A stretch of DNA of 64,000 nucleotides, from IMG/VR virus record IMGVR_UViG_3300017950_000006, positions 1 through 64,000 of that record; one strand, written 5' to 3'. Shown piece by piece: positions 28,161 through 38,110 of this stretch. Position numbers and translations under genes: made by a program. The notes beneath the pieces were generated by a model. It ran no database searches, had not been told where the DNA came from, and saw only the letters and a list, made by a program, of their open reading frames with translations. Positions within the stretch are counted from its first letter, which is position 1, and each line of letters begins with the position of its first letter. Origin of the DNA: a virus.

Positions 28161-31100
28161 ATGGCAAAAAGAAAAATTAATGAGTACATTTTCCATAACG
28201 GAATTTCTTATAGTGATAATTACTATCCTAATGCATATTGGTTAATTGAAAACAACGTTGAATTTATCATTGACGAAGTTCGTGCATATATTAATACTAA
28301 TATTGCAAAAGCCGCACAGCACACTCCAACAGACGCAACGTATAATCCGCAAACTGGAATAATGACACTGACTATTCCTAGTCATCCGTTTGTTCCAGGA
28401 GATCAAATTATTATTGAAGAAAGTGCGTTAGTGTTTACTTGTGGATTTGACAATTATGCAACCACACACGCATACCCAAGAGGTTCAGGAGCACCAAACG
28501 ATGCAGGAACTGATCCATATTTTGATGCACCGATTTTAATTACATCAACAACAACATCTACTATTACATTCTTTATTGGAATTTCATCAAATACTTCAAC
28601 ACACGTTTTTGATTCAGCAGTTGCTAATGGTGTGCGAAGTGTGTTTTATAACTATGTAAATGATAGTGATGCTAAGTGTGAACGCGATATGCGTTATAAT
28701 CTAATTGGTGGAGATAAGAATAATAGTGTTACAGATCAGCCAGGTGGATTATTATACGACTTAAGATATAAAGGTAATGAACAAGCACGTTATCTAGCAT
28801 CAACATATTGGGATAAAGCAATACCTCAGATTGATGGAGATAGAAATCCAGAAAGAGCCGCAAAGAATTTTTGTGCTTGGTTAATTAACAATTACATTTT
28901 TACTAACGAAGCATGGACAACAAATCAAAGTCCTGCTGTAACAACACAAACTATTAATAGTGAATATATTGCAGAATCAGGCGCATCAAGTCAAGTTAAT
29001 AAAGTATTAGTAGATACTATTGGTAGAGTTATTGTTGAAGGCACTGATGCAATGCCAGATTTCCATCGTGCAGAAATTAGTAGAGCAATTTTTCCAACAA
29101 AAGTAACACAAGACAATCTATTATTAATTACAAATACAACTACAAATCAAGTGTTGTTTAACTTTAGTGATCCATCTAAAGGCGCTGACGTAAAATATAC
29201 ATATGATTCTGTTGAATACACACCTACATATTTCTACTTTCAAAAATTCCTTGAAACTACTGATACAATTACTCAAGTATTATTCAACATAGATACTACT
29301 AACGAAGAATATCTTACAAATTGTAGAGCATTACTTACAAATAACAAAGAGTTTATTAAAGACGAAGTACGTGCTTGGATCGCAGATCAAGTAGCAAATG
29401 CATCTGTAGGAAGTATCTGGGATGGATATACCTATAATGCGGCTAAGTGTGAAAGAGATACAGGATTTAACATTGACGCAATTATTGCTGATATGCAATA
29501 TGGTGGAAATGCAAACGTAAGAACCACAGCGTCAAAATATTGGAAGGGTCCTACTCCTCAAATTGACGGCACACGCGAACAAGAAATTGCCGCTAAAAAC
29601 TTCATGCGTGATTTGGTTAACAATTATATTCTAACAAAAGCGGTATACCCAACAAAGCAAACAGGAACTCCAGAAACTACACAATACTTCTTAGGTGCAG
29701 ATTGTGAACTTGGTGGGAACACAAGAGTTACATCACTTGTTTCAATTCTTACTGAAGTAATTGAAAAAGGTTTAGATTTTCTTCCAGTTGAAGATAAGCC
29801 GAATGTATTTTCTGAAACAGATACACTTCAGATTTTTGTTGAGCAAGGTGATTTAAGAACAAGACCATATGATTTTGGTACTGATGCTATTGAAAGACAA
29901 AGAGTTGCAAATGCACTATCGATGCTTGATGCTGACTTTGAGTACGGATTACAGCCTACTAAATGGCAGGCAATTGGAACGATGCGTGGATATCCATCAA
30001 CATATGAAGTTCCGGGAACAGATACCGCAGTACAAAGTGTTATTACAGATGCGTCAGACGGCTCTGAAGGCATTGGTCAATCATTAATTACAGTTGTAAC
30101 GGTTGGACCACATGGCGTACTTGCTGGACAGCCTATTACTATTAGAGGATTAGATGGCGCTGTTAAAGGCAACGGTCGTGCAGAAGGTACATTTATTGTT
30201 AATACTATTGTTAATAATTCAACATTTACATACTATGCAAAAGCAAAAGTTGGCACAGCCGCTGGAACACAGTTAGTAACATTTTATACAATTTTAAGAC
30301 AGGCGGCATTTTATACAGGTGCGGCAATCCAAGGAGATACAGCAGGCTTTGTAGTTACATCTCAAGGATCATCAGGCTCATTTAGTCTTGCATTAGGAGT
30401 TGATGCTGAAGAAAATAGATTACCTATTCAAGGAACACCACCAAGTCTTGGTGCTCCACTACAAGCAACCGGCGGAGGAATTCCAGTAGGTTCTCAGGTT
30501 ACTGGTATCACTGGCGACGGAAATATTATTACAACTCCGGTTACTACCGCTGATACACCACAAGGAAGTTTTACAATATCTGTTGAAGATGCAACTGATG
30601 TTGAAATTGGTTCAGCATTAGATAGAGGTGACGGATCAGCGGCCTTTGTTACTAATGTTGTAGGTAATGATTTAACTATTAGTTCAGCAACTACACAAGT
30701 ACTAGTTGGTAATAGAGTTTTATACTCAGGATTAACTGGAACAAATGATACTACAATTGGTAACGGTGCTACGTTTGATGTAACTAGAACAAGTGGAGTA
30801 TACGCAGTATCACTTGGAAATACAGGACAAGATTATAAAATCGGTGATAACATTGTTATTAGTGGTGGAAGTTTAGGCGGAACAGATACAACAAACGATT
30901 TACGTATTGTTATTGAAGATGTTGACACTGGTGGAGAAATAGTTTCATTCGCATTCAGCGGTACAGGATTTGACGGTGAAGGAACATTCTTTGGAGTTAA
31001 TGGACAACTTGCTGGCGGACAAGGTACTGATCCAGTATTTGATATTACATATACTAACAACGTTTATACTGCAAGTGTAGCATCACCTGATACATCATCA

Positions 31101-34100
31101 GGATATACAGTTGGCGATATTATTGTTATTGATGGTTTTGATGTTGGCGGACAAAGTGTAACCAACGATGCATTTATTAAAGTTGAAACTGTTGGGGCTG
31201 GCGGCTCTATTACTAGTGTATCAACTACAGGTACAGCAGTTGACGCTGATGTGAGTTATTCATCTCCTCCTTACACATCAACTACTATATCAGGTCTTGG
31301 TGCTGACTTTAACGTACAACGTATCGGTACTGTTTATTCAGTAGTAGTAACTAATCCAGGTACAGGATACTTAGCGGCAGAAACATTTACAATTTTAGGA
31401 TCAGAACTTGGTGGCGCTGACGGAACAAATAACTTAACAATTACAATCACTACTGTTGATGTTAACGGCGGTATTACTGGAGTAAGTACAGCAGGTACAG
31501 CAATTAATACAAGATCATATGGTTATGTTTCAGGTACTAACCAAATTGGATCTGGAGCAACATTCCAAATTGATCTAAGTGGCGGCGCTTATACAATTAA
31601 TATTGAAGGTGCAGGCCAAAGGTATGGTGTTGATCAAGTTATTAATATTTTAGGTACTCAAGTTAGCGGCACAGTTCCAGAAAACGACATTGCTATTACT
31701 ATTACTTCTATTCAAAATGATGGAGGTATTACAGGAATATCATTTACAGGATCAGGTGCTACAGGATCAGGAACATATCTTGGAGCAATTGGCGATAACG
31801 ATCCAAACTCTGGTGCAGATGCAGTCTTTAGTGTAACTAGAGATGCTGGAACTTATTCTATTGTTAATGCAACCGACAACGGTAGCGGATATAAAGTTGG
31901 TGATAGAATTATTATTCCAGGTGATCAATTAGGTGGCGACACTCCTACAAACGATTTAACACTTCGTTGTACAGTTGAATCTACTGAAGGTGATTTCTTA
32001 GGAATTGATATTAGCGGAACAGCAGTTCCAGGCAGTACATTAGATCTTTATAGTTCTATAACAATGTCAGAGGAAACAACATCTAATATTAGTCAAGCAA
32101 CAGTTATTACTTATAGTGCATTAGCAAGTATTAGAGTTACATTCCAAACACCTCATGGTCTTGTACCTGGAGATAGTTTTGCTGTAACTATATCATCTGA
32201 TGATGGTGCTAATCTTCATAACTTAGCGGCTGGACCGTTCAGTGCTACAGCAGTTCCTAGTTTAACACAATTAGAATATCAATGTAGATCACCAGGATTT
32301 ATTGATACTGGAACAGCAAACGATCAACCAATTATTGGTGCAGTTTATCCAAGACCAGATTCGTTCTTTCTCCACAGACCATATGATGGTGGTGTTCAGT
32401 TAGGAACAGGTGGTCCACAACACGGTGCTCAAGCAATTAGACAGAGTAAAAAGTATATTAGATATCAGTCAGGTAAAGGTATTATGTACACAACTGGTGC
32501 ACTTTTTGCTCCAAGTTATAATATTCTTAATATTACAGCAAGCAATACATCACCAGGATCTGTAATCACTGTAACTACTGATGAAACAGAACACGGGTTA
32601 CAAGTTGGCGGACAAATTCGTATTATCGGAGTTGACACTGTAGGATATAATGATACTTACACTGTATCAGCGGTCAATGACGAAAATGAATTTGAAATTA
32701 TTGCTGTAAATGCACTAGGATCAGTTACTCCTGAACTAAGTTCGGAATGTCAAGTGTCAATTAGTAAGTTTCACGGTGCAACTGTACGTTCAGGAGCATT
32801 TGATGATCAAAACGGTATCTTCTTTGAATATGACGGTACACAATTTAGTGCTGTACAAAGAACTGCTACTTTACAATTAGCAGGTGTTGTTGATATCGAT
32901 GTTGACTCTAACACTTGTACAGGAACAGGAACAAGATTTAGAGAACAACTAAAAGCAGGTGATAGAATTGTTCTTAAAGGTATGACTCACGTTGTATCCC
33001 AGGTTGTTGACAATACAACAATGTACCTTGCACCTGACTTCCGTGGTGTTACTAATGTACGTTCAAGTAAGATTTGTTTAGTAAGAGATAAGAAAACAGA
33101 ACAAAAAGATTTTAACAGAGACAGAGGTGACGGAACAGGACCAAGTGGATATAACATTGATATCAGTAAGATGCAGATGGTAGGTATTCAATATTCATGG
33201 TACGGTGCTGGTTTTATTGATTATATGCTACGTGGTGCAGATGGTAACTTTGTGTTTATGCACAGAATGAGAAACTCAAACATTAACACAGAAGCATTTA
33301 TGCGTACAGGTAATATGCCAGTACGTTACGAAATTACTAACGAAGGACCAAGTGGTAAACTTTCACAAAATATTGACGCAGTAGTTGACACTATTCCGTT
33401 AGTAGATGCTTCGTTCTTTCCACCAGAAGGCGGAACAGTTTATATTGATGCAGAAATGATACGTTTCACTGGAGTTGATGGTAAAAACTTAATAGGTTGT
33501 ACACGAGCAAGTACAATGACAAACTTTGCATCAGGCGCTACAAGAACATATAGCGGTGGACCAGCGGCGCAACATACACGAAATACAGGAGTTGTATTAA
33601 TTAGTAATACAGCGTCACCGGTTATTTCACACTGGGGTTCAGCGTTTATTACAGACGGCGGCTTTGACTCAGATCGTGGATACTTGTTCTCATACAAATC
33701 AACTGGAGTTCAAGTTAGCACAACAAGAACAACATCATTCTTGCTTAGACTAGCACCGTCAGTATCTAACGCACTAGTTGGAGACTTGGGTGAAAGAGAA
33801 CTACTTAACAGAGCACAGTTACTACTTGAAGGTCTTGAGATTACAACAGACCAACCGGTAGCGTTAGACACGGGCGGTATTGTTATTGAAGGTATTTTGA
33901 ATCCACAAAACTATCCATTAAACCCAGCGGACGTTGGTTGGCAGGGACTGTCAGGACTAGCACAAGGTGGACAGCCTAGTTTTGCACAAGTAGCACCAGG
34001 TGGTTCTACTAACTGGAACTCGGGTGATATACCAACCCAATCACTAGTCCTTACACAGGCACCGATTACTGCCGCTGTTACAGGTGTTGATAGAGGATAT

Positions 34101-34832
34101 AGAAATAATAACGACTATTGGGATAATGCTGTGCGTACAGGAAGAAACTTCTTCTGGGTACAAGAGTCATTTTATGCGGCAAATCAAGCCTTATTCCAAG
34201 TAGGTATTGAAATAGAATCACCAGGAAACTTCCCAGCAGGTACTACTATTCAACAAGTTGGTTCTTGGACAACGAGTTCGGCTAGTTCAGGAACAATTAG
34301 ACCAATTTATCTTAGTTCCAATGGTCAAACAAACGTTACAACCGGATCAATAGCCATTACATTTAAGAAAACGTTTAAAGAAGCACCAACTAACAACATC
34401 TTCTTTGACAAAACTAGTTTTGATGCGGCTGGTGTAGCACAAGGTACTAACGTAAGTGATGGCAGATTCCCAGCAGGAACACAGGTATCTACAGTTAGTA
34501 TTGGTGAATATAATAATGTAGAATATTATAGCGTAACATTTAACCAAACTTCAGATAACAGTGCTATTACTGCAGGTACTACAACTATTGAATTTGAATT
34601 TGTGCAACCACCGTTTGCTCAACCAGGCGAAACTATCTTCTCATTCATTGCACAGCCTGGAGAAAGATCAACTCTTGATCTATCATTCATTAAGGAATTA
34701 ACTAATACTACACTAGGTGGTAGAGGTACATTCCCGAATGGTCCAGACGTATTAGCAATTAACGTTTATAAGACATCGGGTGCGTCAATCATTAGTAACA
34801 TTGTACTACGTTGGTCGGAAGCACAAGCATAA
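28161..34832 (+). CDS. Giant virion structural protein (helical KCERD repeats, five tandem beta repeats)
   Basis: 2223 aa, Gly/Thr/Ser-rich; two KCERD units; five GxGAxFxV...GxGYxxGDxIxIxGxxLGG...ND repeats. Confidence 0.65.
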   Translation: MAKRKINEYIFHNGISYSDNYYPNAYWLIENNVEFIIDEVRAYINTNIAKAAQHTPTDATYNPQTGIMTLTIPSHPFVPGDQIIIEESALVFTCGFDNYATTHAYPRGSGAPNDAGTDPYFDAPILITSTTTSTITFFIGISSNTSTHVFDSAVANGVRSVFYNYVNDSDAKCERDMRYNLIGGDKNNSVTDQPGGLLYDLRYKGNEQARYLASTYWDKAIPQIDGDRNPERAAKNFCAWLINNYIFTNEAWTTNQSPAVTTQTINSEYIAESGASSQVNKVLVDTIGRVIVEGTDAMPDFHRAEISRAIFPTKVTQDNLLLITNTTTNQVLFNFSDPSKGADVKYTYDSVEYTPTYFYFQKFLETTDTITQVLFNIDTTNEEYLTNCRALLTNNKEFIKDEVRAWIADQVANASVGSIWDGYTYNAAKCERDTGFNIDAIIADMQYGGNANVRTTASKYWKGPTPQIDGTREQEIAAKNFMRDLVNNYILTKAVYPTKQTGTPETTQYFLGADCELGGNTRVTSLVSILTEVIEKGLDFLPVEDKPNVFSETDTLQIFVEQGDLRTRPYDFGTDAIERQRVANALSMLDADFEYGLQPTKWQAIGTMRGYPSTYEVPGTDTAVQSVITDASDGSEGIGQSLITVVTVGPHGVLAGQPITIRGLDGAVKGNGRAEGTFIVNTIVNNSTFTYYAKAKVGTAAGTQLVTFYTILRQAAFYTGAAIQGDTAGFVVTSQGSSGSFSLALGVDAEENRLPIQGTPPSLGAPLQATGGGIPVGSQVTGITGDGNIITTPVTTADTPQGSFTISVEDATDVEIGSALDRGDGSAAFVTNVVGNDLTISSATTQVLVGNRVLYSGLTGTNDTTIGNGATFDVTRTSGVYAVSLGNTGQDYKIGDNIVISGGSLGGTDTTNDLRIVIEDVDTGGEIVSFAFSGTGFDGEGTFFGVNGQLAGGQGTDPVFDITYTNNVYTASVASPDTSSGYTVGDIIVIDGFDVGGQSVTNDAFIKVETVGAGGSITSVSTTGTAVDADVSYSSPPYTSTTISGLGADFNVQRIGTVYSVVVTNPGTGYLAAETFTILGSELGGADGTNNLTITITTVDVNGGITGVSTAGTAINTRSYGYVSGTNQIGSGATFQIDLSGGAYTINIEGAGQRYGVDQVINILGTQVSGTVPENDIAITITSIQNDGGITGISFTGSGATGSGTYLGAIGDNDPNSGADAVFSVTRDAGTYSIVNATDNGSGYKVGDRIIIPGDQLGGDTPTNDLTLRCTVESTEGDFLGIDISGTAVPGSTLDLYSSITMSEETTSNISQATVITYSALASIRVTFQTPHGLVPGDSFAVTISSDDGANLHNLAAGPFSATAVPSLTQLEYQCRSPGFIDTGTANDQPIIGAVYPRPDSFFLHRPYDGGVQLGTGGPQHGAQAIRQSKKYIRYQSGKGIMYTTGALFAPSYNILNITASNTSPGSVITVTTDETEHGLQVGGQIRIIGVDTVGYNDTYTVSAVNDENEFEIIAVNALGSVTPELSSECQVSISKFHGATVRSGAFDDQNGIFFEYDGTQFSAVQRTATLQLAGVVDIDVDSNTCTGTGTRFREQLKAGDRIVLKGMTHVVSQVVDNTTMYLAPDFRGVTNVRSSKICLVRDKKTEQKDFNRDRGDGTGPSGYNIDISKMQMVGIQYSWYGAGFIDYMLRGADGNFVFMHRMRNSNINTEAFMRTGNMPVRYEITNEGPSGKLSQNIDAVVDTIPLVDASFFPPEGGTVYIDAEMIRFTGVDGKNLIGCTRASTMTNFASGATRTYSGGPAAQHTRNTGVVLISNTASPVISHWGSAFITDGGFDSDRGYLFSYKSTGVQVSTTRTTSFLLRLAPSVSNALVGDLGERELLNRAQLLLEGLEITTDQPVALDTGGIVIEGILNPQNYPLNPADVGWQGLSGLAQGGQPSFAQVAPGGSTNWNSGDIPTQSLVLTQAPITAAVTGVDRGYRNNNDYWDNAVRTGRNFFWVQESFYAANQALFQVGIEIESPGNFPAGTTIQQVGSWTTSSASSGTIRPIYLSSNGQTNVTTGSIAITFKKTFKEAPTNNIFFDKTSFDAAGVAQGTNVSDGRFPAGTQVSTVSIGEYNNVEYYSVTFNQTSDNSAITAGTTTIEFEFVQPPFAQPGETIFSFIAQPGERSTLDLSFIKELTNTTLGGRGTFPNGPDVLAINVYKTSGASIISNIVLRWSEAQA
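30720..32030 (+). repeat. Five tandem protein-level repeats of about 85-90 aa
   Basis: Units begin GNGATFDV, GTDPVFDI, GLGADFNV, GSGATFQI and GADAVFSV; each has a GxxY..LGG/VGG..ND(L/A/I)-type core. Boundaries approximate. Confidence 0.75.
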
Positions 34833-34957
34833 TGGAAATCACAGCAGATCTAATTAGAGCAATGAACGAAACATCGTGGGTAGATGGTATTGGTACTATT
34901 GTTGTACTATTATTAGCCTATGCGGCTTATCGTTGGATTAAAAATAAGACTAAGTAG
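34832..34957 (+). CDS. 41-aa single-pass membrane protein (not in ORF track)
   Basis: ATG overlaps the upstream TAA (TAATG); MEITADLIRAMNETSWVDGIGTIVVLLLAYAAYRWIKNKTK has a hydrophobic stretch followed by a basic tail. Confidence 0.55.
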   Translation: MEITADLIRAMNETSWVDGIGTIVVLLLAYAAYRWIKNKTK

Positions 34958-35354
34958 GCATCGGCGGCGGATTATTTTTCTTTATAACATCTTTTTGACT
35001 GTCACCTGGAATAATGCGGTAGTTGTCTTCAACTGAATCTGGTGTACTTACTTCACTTACAGAACTATTTGGTTCTAACGCAATAAGTTGGTGCGGTTGT
35101 AGTGGTGGATTATGCCAAGTATCCCCGGGTTTCAATTCTTTGCTGTATAATACAGCATCTTTTGTGTCAATCCATTTAACTTCAAAACGTCCTTGGTTAA
35201 CAAACCAGGTTTCGTCTTTCTCTTTATGAAAATGCATAGAAAATTTAGCACCTGCTTTTTCAAATACCATAATTTTTCCGCAGTACTTGTCATTAGTAGC
35301 CCAGATTAACTCGTAGCCCCAACCTTTTTCAACTTTACCATCAAGTCGACTCAT
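34950..35354 (-). CDS. Cupin, sugar-isomerase-like (mannose-6-P/D-lyxose isomerase type)
   Basis: VEKGWGYE, SMHFHKEKDETW, PHQL, EVSTPDSVEDNYR cupin metal motifs. Confidence 0.75.
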   Translation of the reverse strand: MSRLDGKVEKGWGYELIWATNDKYCGKIMVFEKAGAKFSMHFHKEKDETWFVNQGRFEVKWIDTKDAVLYSKELKPGDTWHNPPLQPHQLIALEPNSSVSEVSTPDSVEDNYRIIPGDSQKDVIKKNNPPPMPT

Positions 35355-36052
35355 TCTTTACTCCATTTTTTCATAAAATTTTTGTATGCTCCACGAAACT
35401 TACTTTGAAAGATCATATTACTAACAAAACTAGCACGATACTTCTCTTGATCTTCGTCTTGTACAGTCGTTTCTAACTCAGTAAGTCTAATAGGAATGTA
35501 CATTGCTAAAGGTGTACCTTTTTCTATTAAAAATTCACCTTCTTTTTTAATTAGTAGTTGTTGATTGATCTGATGACTCCATTCGGTATGGGTAACACCA
35601 GGCATACATTCAAAATATTCATTAAAATCATAAAACATCGGTAATTGCATCATTGCCCAACCCGGACTTGTGCGTACACGCCACGGACAATCGGTTTTCG
35701 CAACACATAAAAACTTATCTTTCACATTTTCTGGCAAATAGTTTTTAAACTGTTCGTCATAATGTAAACTCATAGTAAAATCTTCATTACTCGAATGCCA
35801 TGCAAACTCGTTCTTCGTTACTTTCAGGTGAAAATCACACCACATAGTAACTACATAAGCATTTTTATAATAATCAACAAAACCAGGACAGTTTTTTAAT
35901 GTGCCTTTGTCTTTAAAATTATCCTCTTGAATAAATTTAGGCATATTTTTAAACCATAACGGCAGAAACTTAGTAGCAGACTGTACCGGTTCTACTTTAG
36001 TAAGACCAGGTACTACACTCCACCATTCAACTTTACATTTATTTTGACTCAT
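35351..36052 (-). CDS. Hypothetical phage protein (TLKNCPG / KGTPL family, possibly dUTPase-like beta fold)
   Basis: Likely start at the ATG at 36052, overlapping the hldD end; WFKNMP, TLKNCPGF, PWRVRT, MPGV and IEKGTPLA motifs. Fold is inference. Confidence 0.5.
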   Translation of the reverse strand: MSQNKCKVEWWSVVPGLTKVEPVQSATKFLPLWFKNMPKFIQEDNFKDKGTLKNCPGFVDYYKNAYVVTMWCDFHLKVTKNEFAWHSSNEDFTMSLHYDEQFKNYLPENVKDKFLCVAKTDCPWRVRTSPGWAMMQLPMFYDFNEYFECMPGVTHTEWSHQINQQLLIKKEGEFLIEKGTPLAMYIPIRLTELETTVQDEDQEKYRASFVSNMIFQSKFRGAYKNFMKKWSKE

Positions 36053-36863
36053 GTATCCATTCCGTTGGTCTAATAAAAGAATGATCAATTACATTAAGCA
36101 ATTTTGTGTTATCAGCACAGGTGTACTCTTGATATTGACTTTTTAATTTTTCAGGCATAGGTATATATTCTATTCTAGCATCATATTTTTTAGCAATGGT
36201 TAACGCAATGTCTTTGAATGATGTTGCAGTACCAGTACCTAAGTTAAAAATACCATTTACGTCTTTTTCTAACATTTTTTCATGCACTAAACACACATCC
36301 TGTACACTAATAAAATCACGCAAGTAATTTTCACTATTTTCAAACAATGTAATCACACCACGTTCTTTGGCTTGTTTAGTAAACTTAGTTATTGGACTTG
36401 CTTGATCTCCTTTATGGTCTTCATAATTTCCATATACATTAAAATAACGGAATCCTTGAATATTAATTTTAAAGTCATCATTAAAATCATTAACCCATCT
36501 ATCAATAAGATACTTGCTCCATGCATAAGGACTTTGTGGAAAGCATTTAGATGTTTCACGAAATCCATCTGCTCCAGGCCCATACACACTTGCTGAACTT
36601 GAAAACTGTAAACTAGTACCCATCATATCACAAATTTCAATAAGTTTCATTGTCCATTCATAATTTTGTTTTAATACCTTTTCAACATCGGATTCAGTAG
36701 TACTTGAAATAGCACCGCAGTGAATAATACGATCATATTGTTGAGCATCAGGAAACTTGTTTTCTTGCCACTCCCAACCTTCAACATCATGTCCTTTATG
36801 TTGTAAGTAAGAAGAAAGATTTTTACCAATAAATCCTTCATGTCCTGTAACTAAAATTTTCAT
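36039..36863 (-). CDS. hldD: ADP-L-glycero-D-manno-heptose 6-epimerase
   Basis: TGHEGFIG, HCGAISSTTE, SSASVYG, YAWSK, GFRYFNVYG..EDHKGDQAS, RDFI, FNLGTG, YQEYTCAD. Confidence 0.88.
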   Translation of the reverse strand: MKILVTGHEGFIGKNLSSYLQHKGHDVEGWEWQENKFPDAQQYDRIIHCGAISSTTESDVEKVLKQNYEWTMKLIEICDMMGTSLQFSSSASVYGPGADGFRETSKCFPQSPYAWSKYLIDRWVNDFNDDFKINIQGFRYFNVYGNYEDHKGDQASPITKFTKQAKERGVITLFENSENYLRDFISVQDVCLVHEKMLEKDVNGIFNLGTGTATSFKDIALTIAKKYDARIEYIPMPEKLKSQYQEYTCADNTKLLNVIDHSFIRPTEWIHESK

Positions 36864-38107
36864 TTAAAACTCTCTATTATTTTTGTAGTTGAATTTCCTT
36901 CTACTGTTGGAAAAATTTCAACAGGATATTCTTCATGTCCAACTACCGTTTCTATTGTATAGTCTCCGCCCTTAATAATCAAGTCCGGATTGTATTTTTT
37001 TATTACATTTATAGGAGTGTCCTCATCAAAAATGATAACTTCATCTACCCACGGTAATAATTTTAAATTTATTTGTCTTTGTAACTGATTGTTAATTGGA
37101 CGATTTTCGCCTTTTAATCTTTTTGTACTAGAATCACTATTAATGCCAACAACTAAGTATTGTCCTTTAGACTTTGCAAACTTTAGTAATTGAAAATGCC
37201 CTTCGTGTAATATGTCAAACACTCCATTGGTCCATACTAATTTTGATTTTAAATCATCCTTAGTAATAACTACAACTCCTCTACGTTCAACAGTCCTTGC
37301 CGCGGCATAGCAAGCCATCTTACAACATTCAGCAATTGACATATTTCTTTCAATGCCGTATGCAATAACAGATAGTACAGTGTCACCTGCACCAGTAACA
37401 TCAGCCACCTCGTGTACCGGTTCTTTAAAATGAAAATAATTTTTATTCTCATCAAGAACATGAATACCATTTGCTCCGTCAGTTACTACTAAATTTTTCC
37501 AGTTATACTCGTGCATTTTAAGTAATGCAATTTCTTTCCTAAACGTACCAAACCAAGATACATATTCTTTCATATTCGGTTTAACTAAAAAAGCACCTTT
37601 ATAAAATTCAGGCTCTTGTTTAGGATCAACTAAAACCTTATCAGTCTTTTTAAGTAATTCTTTTACTGTATTTTTATTAATAGTACCTTTTGCATAATCA
37701 CTAACACAAACAATATCAGATTGTTTAGTATCATTTACTAATCTTTTAAATCCTTCAGTACTATGAAATGTAGTTTCTCTATCCCAACGTAATAATTGCT
37801 GACCGTTATCACCAACTAGCCTTGTTTTAGTAGTAGTCATTGGTGAATCCATTGTAAGGTTAGAATGTAAATTAGTTACATCAAGTAACTCAATAGCCTT
37901 GTATCCTTCTTTATCACAGGATAATGCACCATATAAACTAACATCTCCGTTAATAGAAGAAATATTTAATGCTAAGTTACCGGCACCGCCAATACTATAT
38001 GTTTGTTCTATTTCTTTTAAAATAGGAATAGGCGCTTCAGGACTAATTCTATCAGCATTACCAAAAATCCATCGATCTAGCATTATGTCGCCATATACTC
38101 TAATCAT
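36860..38107 (-). CDS. hldE: Bifunctional heptose-7-phosphate kinase / heptose-1-phosphate adenylyltransferase
   Basis: GDIMLDR..RISPEAPIP, GGAGN, TKTR, SDYAKG, VDPK, DVTGAGDT (PfkB kinase); NGVFDILHEGH, GINSDSS..RLKG..RP, KGGDY, STTKII (nucleotidyltransferase). Confidence 0.92.
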   Translation of the reverse strand: MIRVYGDIMLDRWIFGNADRISPEAPIPILKEIEQTYSIGGAGNLALNISSINGDVSLYGALSCDKEGYKAIELLDVTNLHSNLTMDSPMTTTKTRLVGDNGQQLLRWDRETTFHSTEGFKRLVNDTKQSDIVCVSDYAKGTINKNTVKELLKKTDKVLVDPKQEPEFYKGAFLVKPNMKEYVSWFGTFRKEIALLKMHEYNWKNLVVTDGANGIHVLDENKNYFHFKEPVHEVADVTGAGDTVLSVIAYGIERNMSIAECCKMACYAAARTVERRGVVVITKDDLKSKLVWTNGVFDILHEGHFQLLKFAKSKGQYLVVGINSDSSTKRLKGENRPINNQLQRQINLKLLPWVDEVIIFDEDTPINVIKKYNPDLIIKGGDYTIETVVGHEEYPVEIFPTVEGNSTTKIIESFK

Positions 38108-38110
38108 ATA

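Noticed and set aside
36039-38107. hldE/hldD as host contamination or a prophage boundary
   Set aside because: The genes overlap or abut phage genes in one continuous operon with phage-type promoter motifs, and phage structural genes flank both sides.
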